Below are positions 12,960 through 25,498 of a DNA stretch of 64,000 nucleotides, one piece after another. Positions within the stretch are counted from its first letter, which is position 1, and each line of letters opens with the position of its first letter. The notes under the pieces are model-generated. The model saw only the letters and a program-made list of their open reading frames with translations, did no database searches and was not told the origin of the DNA. The position numbers were made by a program, and so were the translations under genes. Origin of the DNA: Octopus vulgaris (taxonomy: Eukaryota); assembly GCA_951406725.2 (NCBI GenBank), contig OX597825.1:45570001-45634000 (forward strand), given 5' to 3'.

Positions 12960-15900
12960 TCCAGTCGCTGGAATGTGGACGGAGTTCGCTACCTTGCTCG
13001 CAATCCATGCATCGTTAACCAGCTAGAGGTGATGTTCAAAAAATCCGTTCAAACGGACAGCTATGTTAAGGTAGGTACAAATATTACTTATACATACATA
13101 TACAAACACACACACATACACACACATATATTTATATATTTTTTTTTTAATGCTTAAGGAATATTAGGAGTGTATCTAGAAGTATTTATTAGCACAACAA
13201 TCATTCCAGTGTCATTCTGCACTGGTCCCTAGCGCGCGTGCATATACATGTATGCATTCATGCGAAAAGAGACAGAAACACACGCGCATACACACAGACA
13301 CAGCCATACATAACACGCACGTACATAATCACACAAACTCATAAACATAGACACTCAAGTACGCACACGCAAGGAAGCAGACGTACACTCACACACATAC
13401 ACACATGAATATGCAGAATACATACTTACGTACATACATGCATTCATACATACATACATTGTGACTGATGAACAAGCTGGTGAAAAGAAGTGAGTGTGGG
13501 GATGTGCCGTGTTACACGTTCATATCTATGTGTATACGTATGTATGAATACATCCCCACTATTGGCACTATATTGTTAGTAAACAGTATGAACTGGGTCT
13601 AAGGCGGATACGCACCATGTGTATTACTCCACAGTACATAGACGGTTCATAACAGGCTAAGCAAAATAAACACGTAAAACCATAACAATGCCTTCAGTGA
13701 GTTGTCTATCATCCCATCACGAACGAAAGAATGCACAACATGGTGGTAGCGATAAATAATTAATCGAAAACTGTGCCTTTACAACAAACCTGAATATCGC
13801 GTCGTCTTCGGGGACACACACGAGGATCCAAAATGGCGGCCCCTATCGCCGTACAGATGAATCTACATCCGACCATGAACTTGGACGCCGATGATATCGT
13901 GGAAGCGTTCAAGAAGTTCAAACAGAAAACTCAACTGGCTTTCAAAAGCTTCCTGAAAGGTACAACCGCCAATGGAAAGGTAAGCTACATTCTTTTATGG
14001 ATGGGAGAGAAGGGCCTAGACCTATTCAATAGCTAGGACATGTCAGAATCGGATTGCAATAACCCCAGATACACTTTTAGAGAAATTTGAAAGGCACCTG
14101 GAGCCCAGATCAAACCATAGAATTCATAGATAGGAATTCCAAGGCCTGAAACAAGACCCACAAGAAACGATTGACAACTTCCTGTCCAGACTAAAGAATG
14201 TTGCAAATTCAGAGACAACGACGAACGGATTGTTGATCAACTAATATGGGGATGTGCTCATAAAGAAGTCCAGAAATCCCTCATAGGTAAGGACGCTCTC
14301 CAGTTAATAGAAGCAGTAGACACTGCAAGAGCATTCGAAGCCAAACAAATGTCCTCACTTACTTCACAAACAAACACAATAGGCAGCAGTGTAGATATTG
14401 TATCTAGGCACAGGACGAAACATACCCGCAAAGAACATGCCAATACTGTGGTATGGAGCATGAGTTCAATAACCGGAAGAAATGTCCTGCAAAGCATGTG
14501 GAAAACCCACCCACTGGAAAAAAATGTGTAGACTAACAAAATCTCAGAAATACAAGCCCCAATTTTCAAAGAGGAACGGGAAGAGAAGACAAAGAGATAT
14601 ACATGCCCAACAACAGGAACAAAAACCCTCAGAGGAGGAATTCTTGGCAGTCGGCACAATAAATGTGCATGAGATGGGAAATGACAACCAGAAAAAAAAT
14701 GAGGCGTACACAACAATACAAATACAAAAGAAGTCAGGCAAGAAACGAATAGACATTGACTTAAGGCTAAAAGATTGACACTGGAGCCCAGTGTGATATC
14801 TTGCCTGTCAACCTCTACAAAAAGATGTTCCCAGAACACATGACACAAGAGGTTAAAGTCAAAGAAGGAATCCTCACACCAAATGATGGGACCAGGATTC
14901 CACAACTGGGCAAAACAACAATCACAGGGACTCACAAAGGAAAAATAATCAAGTGTTCTTTTAATGTCAGAAGGACCAGCAATTCTTGTCAAAAGCTTAA
15001 TATTGTGTCAATCAATGGTGAAGTGAAGGCAGTTCTGAGCGGGATTGACATATCAAAGACCGACCACCAATCACAAATAAAGAAGAACTGATAAGCATGT
15101 ACCCAGATTGCTTTGACGATACAGTCGGGTGTTTTGTGAAATGTCGATACCATATAACAGTCGACCCCAATGCCAAACCAATTGTTCACCCACCTCACCG
15201 CGTTCCATTAGAATTAAAAGAGAAACTTAAGACAGAGTTGGACAGAATGGAAAAAAAAGAAATAATCACCAAAGTGACACAACCAACAGACTGGGTGAAT
15301 TCAATTGTAATCAAAGAAAAACCCAATGGTACCCTACGGATATGCCTCGACCCAAGGGACCTGAACAAGGCATTAAAAAGAGAGTACCATCCAATTCCAA
15401 CCCTTGAAGAAATCACACCATCATTAGCTGGATCCAAATTATTCAGCAAACTGGATGCCAGTATTGGGTACTGGAATGTAAAGATAGACAAAGAGTCATC
15501 CATGCTCACTACCTTCAACACACCATTTGGCAGATACCGATTCAACCGACTCCCATTTGGATTGAAGGTGACCCAAGATGTTTTCCAGCACCAAATAGAT
15601 GAGACCTACCAAGGCTGCAAGGGAGCAATTGGAATAGCAGACATCCAAGTGCATACATGACTTCAATTTACATGAAGCTATGGAGAAAACCCGACAAACA
15701 GGTATCAAACTCAATGCAGACAAGTGTGTGATAAAAGCAAAAGGAGTGCAAATTCTTTGGAATTATATACTCTGCAGAGGGAGTGAAACCAGACCCCGCT
15801 AAAGTGGAAACCATCAGAGACATCAAAGAACCCAAAGATAAGAAGGAACTCAGGAGCTTCCTGGGACTCATCCACTACATGGGAGCCTTCATACCCAAGC

Positions 15901-16619
15901 TGGCTGATCACACTACAAATCTCCGAGAACTAAACAAATATGACGTAGAGTTTGATTGGATTTTAAAGCAATTAAAAAGCTCATCAGTAAGGAGACAACT
16001 CTGTACTACTATGACAGACGCAAACCAGTAATACTCCAAGTCGATGCTTCTATGAGAGGAGTTGGTGCAGCATTGATACAGGAAGGTAAACCCATTGCAT
16101 ATGTCTCGAAAGCTCTCTCACCCACAGAGACAAGGTACGCAAATATTGAAAGGGAACTTCCATACATAGCTGTATGGCAGACATTTCAATATTGAAACAG
16201 ACCATTGCCCGCTAGAACAAATACACAGAAAAAACCTCACAAAAGCACCAGCCAGACTGCAAAGATTACTGTTAAGGCTTCAAACATACGACTACGATAT
16301 CAGGTACAAGCCAGGAAAAGACCAGATATTGGCGGATGTTCTTTCCAGACTATCCTCACATGATAAACAGGAGATGGAAGGACAAAGTATAAAGGTCCAC
16401 CACATTGTAAATGTAACAAACACAAAGCTAGCAGAAATCAAAGAGACCAGCAAAGATGAACTCCAGCTCCTTACTCAGATGGTGATTCAGGGGTGGCCAG
16501 AAAAGAGACATCAGGTGCAGCCCCTCATTCGTGAATATTGGGCCATCCATGATGATATATCAGTGGAGAATGGAATCCTTATGGCTGGATCCCGAATAAT
16601 TATACCCAAATGTCTTGCA

Positions 16620-18107
16620 AACAACTTGCACATGCAAGTGCTACCAGTTAAAAGCTCCGTATATCGGAAGCTAGCAAGTGTATGGGGTCATCAGGAGAGA
16701 ATGCGCGCCGTTTCGGGGCCTACCTCTCGACGGCATCAATGCGCACGCGCCCCCTCACTGATATGAGGCCCCGCTTGCTAGATCAGCTGGTTATGAAGAA
16801 CTCAATATACTTCTAGCCATCGCTTATCGTCTCTTTTTAACCAAATCCAGTGGCTAGCCTTCTCCACTGTAGATTGGATATCAGTCATGGTGGTATTGAC
16901 TTTACGATGAGTTAGGCCTAGCGATAACAACAGTCGTCTCACGCTGTGTCCTACAAACCCTCTACATCCGACTTCGATAGGAAAATGTTCCGCTTTCCAG
17001 CCTGCGTCTTCACATTCCTCGAGGAGGTTTTCATAACGGTTCAATTTTCGAGCCCGAGCGGCATCCATATTATCTTCGTGAGGAACCGTTAGCTCAACTA
17101 TATTTACAACTTTCTTTCTTTCACACATCAAAATATCTGGTTTTTTCGAAACTGGGATGGGAAAGAAAACCTGGCACCCAGGTAAATCTGCAGTTACCTC
17201 CCAATAGCCGTTCCACTTTTCATTTTTCTCAGGAAGTTTTTTGGTCTTCTTCTTGAAACGGATCCGCTGACCTGGTCGCACGAAGGTAATGAAATCTCTT
17301 GATGGTACTTTTAACGATTTTTCCACAGTGTTGTTGAGATGAATTTGGTTCTTTATAGCATTGAAGATAACCCTAAGGACCAAGTTGTGCCTTCATGTGT
17401 ACCTCTTCAATGCTAATGAACAGTTGGAAAGAATATGTTTTAGTGTACCGACCTTTCCACATTTGCAGATGTCATTCTCTAAGACGTTCCATCTTACTAG
17501 ATTCGTAGGTGATGGCAAAACATCATAAGATGAATGAATCAGGAAACTCAGCCGAGATGTCGTCCACTTCCACATCTCATCCCAACTTATCTTCCTCTCA
17601 GCAACATGTTCTTCCCATCTCGTCATCTGACCTTGATGAACACATCGGATCAAATGAAGCTCTCTTCTCTCTGCTTCTCTTGTTTTGACGCTGTTGCTAA
17701 CAACAGATCTGCGTTCACACGGCATCATACTTGCAAACGGTCTGAACTAATCTGCGCCAAAACCAAATCCTTTCTGATGGTTCTGCCTTGCTCCCACCAT
17801 ATCTCTGTGTATAAGAGAAGACAAGATGTTGTCAGTTTCTGCTTCTGTTTTCCACTGCCTGGCTGTTTTCACCTCTGGTGGGTTACGCCTGATTTCCATA
17901 TCCTTCGATTCTCTCAGCATCATGACCGTCCGTATCTTCCCCAACTTATATATTTCGACTATTGATGCTATTGGTAGCTGCAACGAACCTCTTTTACGAT
18001 AAAGAGCTGAGCTGTTCAACATACGAGGTAGACCTACCCACTTTCTAATGAACACATTACATTTTTGTTCAATCCTTTCAACTCGTGACAATGCTACTTC
18101 GTATATT
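16620..18107 (-). mobile_element. 5'-truncated HERO-clade non-LTR retrotransposon (RLE endonuclease)
   Basis: C.C...TLKHILSNC zinc knuckle, RHN, KKPDIL, IVELTVPHE and PIEVGCRGF. Inserted between Gypsy IIIPKC and KEILDKIH. Confidence 0.9.
16671..16781 (-). ncRNA. Non-circularly permuted (pseudoknotted) hammerhead-like ribozyme in the HERO 3'UTR
   Basis: Minus strand reads GGGGC-GC-GUGCGC-AUUGAU-GCCG-UC-GAGAG-GUAG-GCCCC-GAAA-CGGC-GCGCAU-U-CUCUC-CUGAUGA. This gives four complementary pairs plus an outer stem CUAGCAAG/CUUGCUAG. Confidence 0.75.
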
Positions 18108-19123
18108 AAAGAGATTCTTGACAAGATCCACCAAGGGCATCTAGGAATGGAGAAATGCAAGCTCCGAGCCAAGTCAGCTGTATATTGGGTAGGCATGTAC
18201 AAAGACATAGAAAAGACAGTTTCTACATGCCACATCTGTCAAAAGTACAGAAACTCACAACAAAAGGAGGAAATGATATCTAGTGACATCCCAAGAAGAC
18301 AAACTATTGGAGTAGATCTGTTCACAGAGAGTTAAGAATGGTATTTGATAATGGCCTGCTACTACACCAAATTTCCATTTGTGAGAAAAGTGGCTCAAGG
18401 ACTTCTAGCAGAGCAAGGAATACCAGAGCAGATCAAATGTGACAATGTAACCCAGTTCACATAGCAAGAATTCAAAAAGCTAGCCGATGAATATTGGTTC
18501 AATATTACAACCACATCTCCACACTACCCCCAAAGACAGGTGCAGACAGTGAAGAGAACACTAGTCAAATGCCGAGAGACTAAGGAAGACCCACACCTGG
18601 CACTTCTGTCCCTACGAGCGACACTACTGAGAGCTGACATGAAATCCCCAGTAGAATTGCTGAATGGTAAGAAGTACAAAACTACCCTGCCAACTAAGAT
18701 CCAACCTCCTATTGACCAGGTAGAGACAAGGGCAAAGCCACTCAAGAACAATCAGAGAAATATTACAACAAACATGCACAATACTTACCTGAGATACTTG
18801 GAGGACAACATGTGCACACTGAAGACGCTATAACAAAAACATGGATCCCAGCACGTTGTCAGTAGAGCTGAAACTCCAAGATCGTATATTATAGAAACAG
18901 AATCTGGTAGGCAGCTGAGACGTAACAGGGCCCATATCCGCCCAACACCAAAGCTATCGAGGATAACATGTACAACACCTGCTGCATCAGCTACAACATC
19001 AACAAGAACCACAACACCCACAGCAGATGACGGCACACAGAGAATCCGTACACCTAGGACACCAGTGTGGAGCAATAGATCCATCAGATAGAGATCAAAC
19101 ATTTCACCACCAATTCGATACGG

Positions 19124-22100
19124 TTAAAGAGAAGGAAAAAAGAAAAGGAAGAGATAAATAACTAATTCTGCTAGATTACAAAGCAGAAAACCACGTGAGT
19201 GGTTTAAAGGCACATCACACTTTAATGGCTGTGCATTTGCAAACCAGGAACAGGAGTTTGCCACTAAGTACCTGGTGAACAAGAGAGACAGTGACGTTCT
19301 TGTAATCACAAGGTGTAACCGCATGTGTAGGCTATGTAATATTTCTGTGGAAGGCATTACGCATGTGATTAGCAGCTGTCCTAAATGTCGTCACGGTACT
19401 ACCTTCCCTATGCGACACGATGTTGTTGCTAAAACAATTTACAAAACCATCCACAAAAAAGACTGTCTTGAAATAAACTTAGAAAATCCATTTGTCATGG
19501 AATACATTCGTAAACACCAACTCAAGGAATTCTGGTGGACTATTCTCATCAAAATTTCTATCAGCATAACAGGCTGGATATTGTTGTTTGGGACAGAGGG
19601 GCAAAGGTATGTGTAGTGATCCTATATAACGGTGCGCGCTCGCGCACCGTCCATTTCTGTTTCGCGCGTGCGGAGTTGGTGCTTTCACCACCGGAAGAAG
19701 GACCATTTGCCTACGTGGCAGTTTAGCCGCGAGGCAAGGGGGCGTAGGACGTTGACCACCAGCGTCCAGTAGGCAGTGACCTGAGACACAGCTATCGAAG
19801 GTACAAGACGTGTAGTTCTCTCTCTCTGTCCGGATTTGATAGCAGCAGTCAGGCTTTTCATAGAAGAAGACGCGTATTATCTTCGTTTCCCCCTGACATT
19901 TGTTGCCGACCACATCATCTTCTCTCTCCGGACGCCATTTTGACCAGTATCGTTTGCATTTGAACACTGTAAATTCTACAACGATAAAGTTCATCTCTGA
20001 CACATCCATACCAAAGGGATACCAGATACACCACTTATTTGTTACTGTCATAAGAGAATAAAGTAGATATATATTTTTTACGTTTGCGTCCTGTTGTTTC
20101 TGACTGGTAGAATCTGGATATTAAAGCAACGGAAAGTGATTGCACCAACTGCACCCAAAAAGTGCAGAGAAGCCATTCACTGTCGTTTCACTGGTGACCC
20201 CCCGACGTGATTCTGGTCTTAAACCAGAGATCACTTAACAACAAAGAAATCCAGTTTTTCTGCCAAGTCTGAACACGATCAACTCTACGCATTCATCTTT
20301 CGACGATTTGTTTCCGGTCCCCTCAAACAGTTATAGAAGGAGCCTTTCTTATTCTTCAGTAATAATGACGGACGCCATCATATCAACGATGCCTTTTCTC
20401 TGCCGTCGTCATCGCCATCGTCGTCTTTCGATTTCACGTCGTCGTTATCTTCGTCGCCATCACCACTAAGCAACAATGTGTCTCAAGTCCACCATAGTCG
20501 CCTTCATCACCGTCGCCTTCAACACCGTCGACCTCAACAATATGTAAATAGCAACTCGCGGAAGTTTAGCCCACACGCTGTTCGTGTATACACACCGGAA
20601 TTAACAGCACAGTCTATCTGCGAGATCTTCTGTACCCAGTTAACCTGTCACAGCATTGAAGCCACAACCGCTACACGACATGTGTTCAACCGGCATCTGC
20701 ATTTGTGATCTCAACATTCTGTTACAGAACGAACTGCTATTATGCATCAGGCTATTACGGACTGGTAAATTAACTCCATCTTGTCTGAAATAGCCCTGAG
20801 AGACTTTTTTTCCTATGCGCTGTATTTTTATTTTGCTCGCATTCACCTTGTTTGTATTTCTGTCGCACACACGTACACACACATGCTTTTCTCGCTTGTT
20901 TTTCCATGCTAAATTTGCCTTTGTGGACACACCTCATTTCTGTAAGACCCTAGGGGTCACGTATACATAGAGAGGGTTGTTTGTCCATCATAACGCGCCA
21001 GCATGTCACACTTTTGTTCCTGTACGAACGAGGCATATAATCGCTCAAGCACTGGCTGGCAGCTCAGCCTTACTACATTAACCACTGGCATATTCATTGC
21101 TGTTTTTCGGTCTGGCAAACCCTATTTCATTCATGCACCTTTGCTCTGCACGTGTACTGCCTTGTTTTGGCAACACGTTTGCGTTAGCTTAGTTCTTTTC
21201 CCGACTCAAAGAACGTCGGATGTTCACATGCGCTGCGCCCATGTTTTAGGCGTAATTTTTTTCCCTGTTAGACCCCTGTTGGTCACGTAATTAACAGAGA
21301 AAATTATCTGTCTCGCGCATCACACCAGCATGCTTGCACTGTCACCTTGCTAACCTTACACTTTCAGCTGAAGCACTGTCTGCCTTTGTGTTACTAGCGA
21401 TCTATCTGCCAGTTCCATTTCCTCTCCTGCAGCAATTGATTTAACTGCTATTTCGCATGGACCAACCACCTTTAGAGGAGTTGGATTTAACTTCGCCTAA
21501 GTTTATTAACTGTAGGTTTGCCTACCTTCCGCTCCCTACAGCGGAAGGCTCTATTCTTATTCACGCATGCACTTTTGATTTTTGCTCATTTTGAGTATTT
21601 TTTCTCTTTTTTCCTTTTGGTAAATTTCTTGTGTATGATGTAAATTTTGCCATTTTTATTATATTGTGTGCTATTTGGTTATCTGGTGTCCACCTTGAGT
21701 TTTATAGTCACTACAAGGAATTTTGTTCGTGCTTGGGCACTGGAGGGGAGCTTTGTAATGATCCTATATAACGGTGCGCGCTCGCGCACCGTCCATTTCT
21801 GTTTCGCGCGTGCGGAGTTGGTGCTTTCACCACCGGAAGAAGGACCATTTGCCTACGTGGCAGTTTAGCCGCGAGGCAAGGGGAGCGTAGGACGTTGACC
21901 ACCAGCGTCCAGTAGGCAGTGACTTGAGACACAGCTATCGAAGGTACAAGACGTGTAGTTCTCTCTCTCTGTCCGGATTTGATAGCAGCAGTCAGGCTTT
22001 TCATAGAAGAAGACGCGTATTATCTTCGTTTCCCCCTGACATTTGTTGCCGACCACATCATCTTCTCTCTCTGGACGCCATTTTGACCAGTGTCGTTTGC

Positions 22101-22400
22101 ATTTGAACACTGTAAATTCTACAGCGATAAAGTTCATCTCTGACACATCCATACCAAAGGGATACCAGATACACCACTTATTTGTTACTGTCATAAGAGA
22201 ATAAAGTAGATATATATTTTTTACGTTTGCGTCCTGTTGTTTCTGACTGGTAGAATCTGGATATTAAAGCAACGGAAAGTGATTGCACCAACTGCACCCA
22301 AAAAGTGCAGAGAAGCCATTCACTGCCGTTTCAGTATGTACTATCGTAGAGGTTAGCTGCCCTGCTGATATAAATATCTCTGAAAATCAAAGAAAAAGAG
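19124..22400 (+). mobile_element. R4/Dong-type LINE 3' fragment split by an LTR element
   Basis: QEQE.ATK, CRLC..E.ITHVISSC, RHD and HNRLDIVVWD up to 19611, resuming as TIVEVSCPAD at 22339. Confidence 0.8.
19612..22333 (+). mobile_element. Young non-autonomous LTR retrotransposon (580-bp LTRs, 1.56-kb non-coding interior)
   Basis: LTRs at 19612-20190 and 21754-22333 (TG..CA, about 7-8 differences counted by eye). 5-bp TSD GTATG, tRNA-Trp PBS TGGTGACCCC(CC)GACGTGATT at 20192, PPT GGAGGGGAG at 21742. Confidence 0.95.
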
Positions 22401-22606
22401 GATCACTAGGTCTTGTTGTTACATTTTTTCGGGTTTTTTTCTTTGGCACCCACATAAATGAATACAGCTGAAGTTCCTTTTCAGATTTAATTAGTAAAAC
22501 ATCTTTTTTGTTATCACCAGCAAAAAGCAGAAATTATATAACATTAATTAGGTTCTAATTAATGAGGTGGTGTCAGCTGTTACAATTTTCCCCGAGTGCA
22601 GGGTAC

Positions 22607-22824
22607 GTTGTGACACTTACTTGTTACGTGTAGTTTTGTTCTAGATGGCTGATAGACAACTCAATGAAGGCATTGTTATTGTTTTACGTGTTTATTTACT
22701 TTACTTGTTACACGAACTGTCAACATCTATACATTAGACACAGTTCGTACTGTTTACTAACAAAATTGTCCCAAAAGTATATACGATCATGTTTTAGTAA
22801 TGGGATCTTGAGTACATATATAAC
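22607..22824 (-). mobile_element. Solo LTR related to the Gypsy LTR at 13510-13740
   Basis: The reverse complement shares TTGTTAGTAAACAGTA.GAACTG and AAATAAACACGTAAAAC.ATAACAATGCCTTCA.TGAGTTGTCTATCA with 13574-13711. Confidence 0.7.
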
Positions 22825-23707
22825 ACATTTGTGACATTTTTTTTTCTTGTGTGAAACACTTTTCAGACTAATAGCTTTTTGCTATATATATGTTAACCGA
22901 TTATTAAAATGATTATATTTATTAAAGAGATAACTGAAATCACAAAAATTTCTTGTTTTTCAGTATACACATTTGTGACATTTCATTTTTGTGAGAAACA
23001 TTTTTCTGACTAATAGGTTTTTGCTATACATATGGTAGCCGATTATTAATCAGATTATATTTATCAAAGAGATAACTGAAATCACTTTTCAGAAAACAAA
23101 ATGTGTCAAAATATTGCAAATAAGCATAAAAACGAGAAACGAATGGCAAATGCGAATTTCATGTTATTTAGTGTTCTATTTTGTGATTTATCATTTTTCA
23201 ACCAAACACTTTTCAGATTAATAACATTTTGTTAAATGTATGTTAGCTGATTGATAATACGATTGTATTTATCAAAGAGATCGCTAAGCTTGAAAATATG
23301 AAAAATATTGCAAATGCAAATTTCTTGTATTTCAGTCTACACATTTGTGACATTTCATTTTTGTGAGAAACATTTTTCTGACTAATAACACTAATAAACG
23401 TGAACAAACTTGCAAATGTTTTAAAAGGTTCAGTTGCATATCGAAACGATTTCATGGTCAGTGCTGTAACACGCCCACCACTCAAGTTTGCAAGTTTGTT
23501 CACGTTTTTATGCAATATTTTGACACATTTTGTTTTCTGAGAAGTGATTTCAGTTATCTCTTTGATAAAAATAATCTTATTTATAATCGGCTAACATATA
23601 TATAGCAAAATGTTATTAGTCAGAAAAATGTTTCTCACAAAAATGAAATGTCACAAATGTGTATACTGAAAAACATATATATATATATGTTAGCTGATTC
23701 ATAGTAC

Positions 23708-25498
23708 TGTAGCAATATCGTCTCTCATTGCTATCTTCACTGTTTGAGAAGAGTATTAAGAATAACCTCGATCGAGATTACAAACAGCTTTGGCTAGTTC
23801 AACATTGTTGCAAACACTAATTCGATTAGCTGACACGTTGGTCTCTACTACGCTCGCACCGCTGGTTATAACTTGGCGCAAAATGCCTCCGTTTATTTTC
23901 GCGCCATAGTTCCAAGCAGCCAATCACAGCTTTCCATTTCTGAAGTTCATTGGGAGCTATGTAAAGCTTATAAAAGAAGGTTTCTCAAACAAATATTCGT
24001 CTTAGGTTTCCAGTCCTTCTCAGGGCGAACCTCTGACCACACAGAGCTCTTCTTAGGCTTTTAGTTCTTTTAAGAGCTAAGTCTCTGACCACACAGAGCA
24101 TACTCGACCAAGTTCCAGTTCGAGGCAGGCGACCACCATTAATACAAGATGTTACAGATACCTCTCATACTGTTAGTGTGAAATATCACCATGAAGAAAA
24201 CGGTTACAGGATATCTATAACTAGAGAAAAATAACCAAGCAGAAAATAATGAAGAAGCAGCAAGAACCCTAGAGAAAAAAAAAAAAAAGATATATATATA
24301 TAATGTCAATTTTATCGCCGTTTTGTCGTAGACAAAACGTCTGGCAAGAGGCTATATGTAGCAATATCGTCTCTCATTGCTATCTTCACTGTTTGAGAAG
24401 AGTATTAAGAATGACCTCGGTCGAGATTACAAACAGCTTTGGCTAGTTCAACATTGTTGTAAACACTAATTCGATTGGCTGACACGTTGGTCTCTACTAC
24501 GCTCGCACCGCTGGTTATAACTTGGCGCAAAATGCCTCCGTTTATTTTCGCGCCATAGTTCCAAGCAGCCAATCACAGCTTTCCATTTCTGAAGTTCACT
24601 GGGAGCCTGGTGAAGCTTATAAAGCAAGGTTTCTCAGACAAATATTCGTCTTAGGTTTCCAGTCCTTCTCAGGGCGAACCTCTGACCACACAAGAGCTCT
24701 TCTTAGGCTTTTAGTTCTTTTAAGAGCTAAGTGTCTGACCACACAGAGCATACTCGACCAAGTTCCAGTTCGAAAAGCAGGCGACCACCATTAATACTGT
24801 TAGTGTGAAATATCACCATGAAGAAAACGGTTACAGGATATCTATAACTAGAGAAAAATAGCCAAACAGAATATATAATGAAGAAGCAGCAAGAACCAAT
24901 CGACAAACATCGAAGATTTAATTTGTACACAAGACGACTACAGATTCAGCTATAGCGGTTCGGTGAAATTCTCGCCACGGAAAAAACGGCTACAGTAACA
25001 TGTCTGGAAGTATATTCATATCAAGAGAAAGATAAAAACAACGAGTGATTCAATTAATCTCAACTGCGACATGCAATACCTTGATATAGAACTCTTACGC
25101 TGTACCTCATAAACGGTAAATCAATTATCTGTTCTTGGGTTCTAGTTTCTTCTAAGAACTACCTTAAGCCATCTGTTATTACCTGTTGCCAGGCCGATAC
25201 CAACAACATGAACTGTGAATCAAATCCCATCGTCATTTCACTGGTCAGTACCTTTTTACGCCTAACGAACACACAGACACAAAAACATGCTAACGCTTAC
25301 GAACTCTTAGAATCCACATGATTGTAAAATATGTAAAATAAATAATGTATATATCTTAAAAAGAAATCTTGTTGTCATTCCAAACTTATGTGTATTGCCG
25401 CTGCATGTATTATATAGTCAGTAAATAAATTATTAAGAATGGGATCGCGTGCGACTGTCTCTTATACGGTACGACCAAGCGTGATCCTATTTCTTATA
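23708..25498 (+). mobile_element. Internally deleted LTR element: partial LTR (23708-24270) plus full ~1.14-kb LTR (24357-25498)
   Basis: Two near-identical copies start TGTAGCAATATC. The end TATTTCTTATA approximates the inverted terminus. GTAC is duplicated on both flanks, and the satellite reads through across the insertion. Confidence 0.75.

Larger units (their letters stand above)
13460..19120 (+). mobile_element. Ty3/Gypsy LTR retrotransposon (degenerate), with 5' LTR, PBS and gag-pol, split by a HERO insertion
   Basis: The LTR ends ..ACA at 13740 (its start is 13460 or 13510). PBS TGGTGGTAGCG resembles tRNA-Leu. Then gag at 13833, protease DTGAQ (~14776), RT 15097-15660, RNase H (VDAS..ERE) and integrase IHQGHLG..C..C from 18108. 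No 3' LTR was found. Confidence 0.9.

Noticed and set aside
19479-20051. 190-aa antisense ORF
   Set aside because: It lies across an LTR and its flank, is broken in the second LTR, and has no recognisable motif.
13570-22770. Inverted LTR-like pair as the TIRs of a 9-kb composite transposon
   Set aside because: The copies are diverged, the left one is followed by a PBS and gag, and there is no TSD. Independent LTR insertions explain it more simply.
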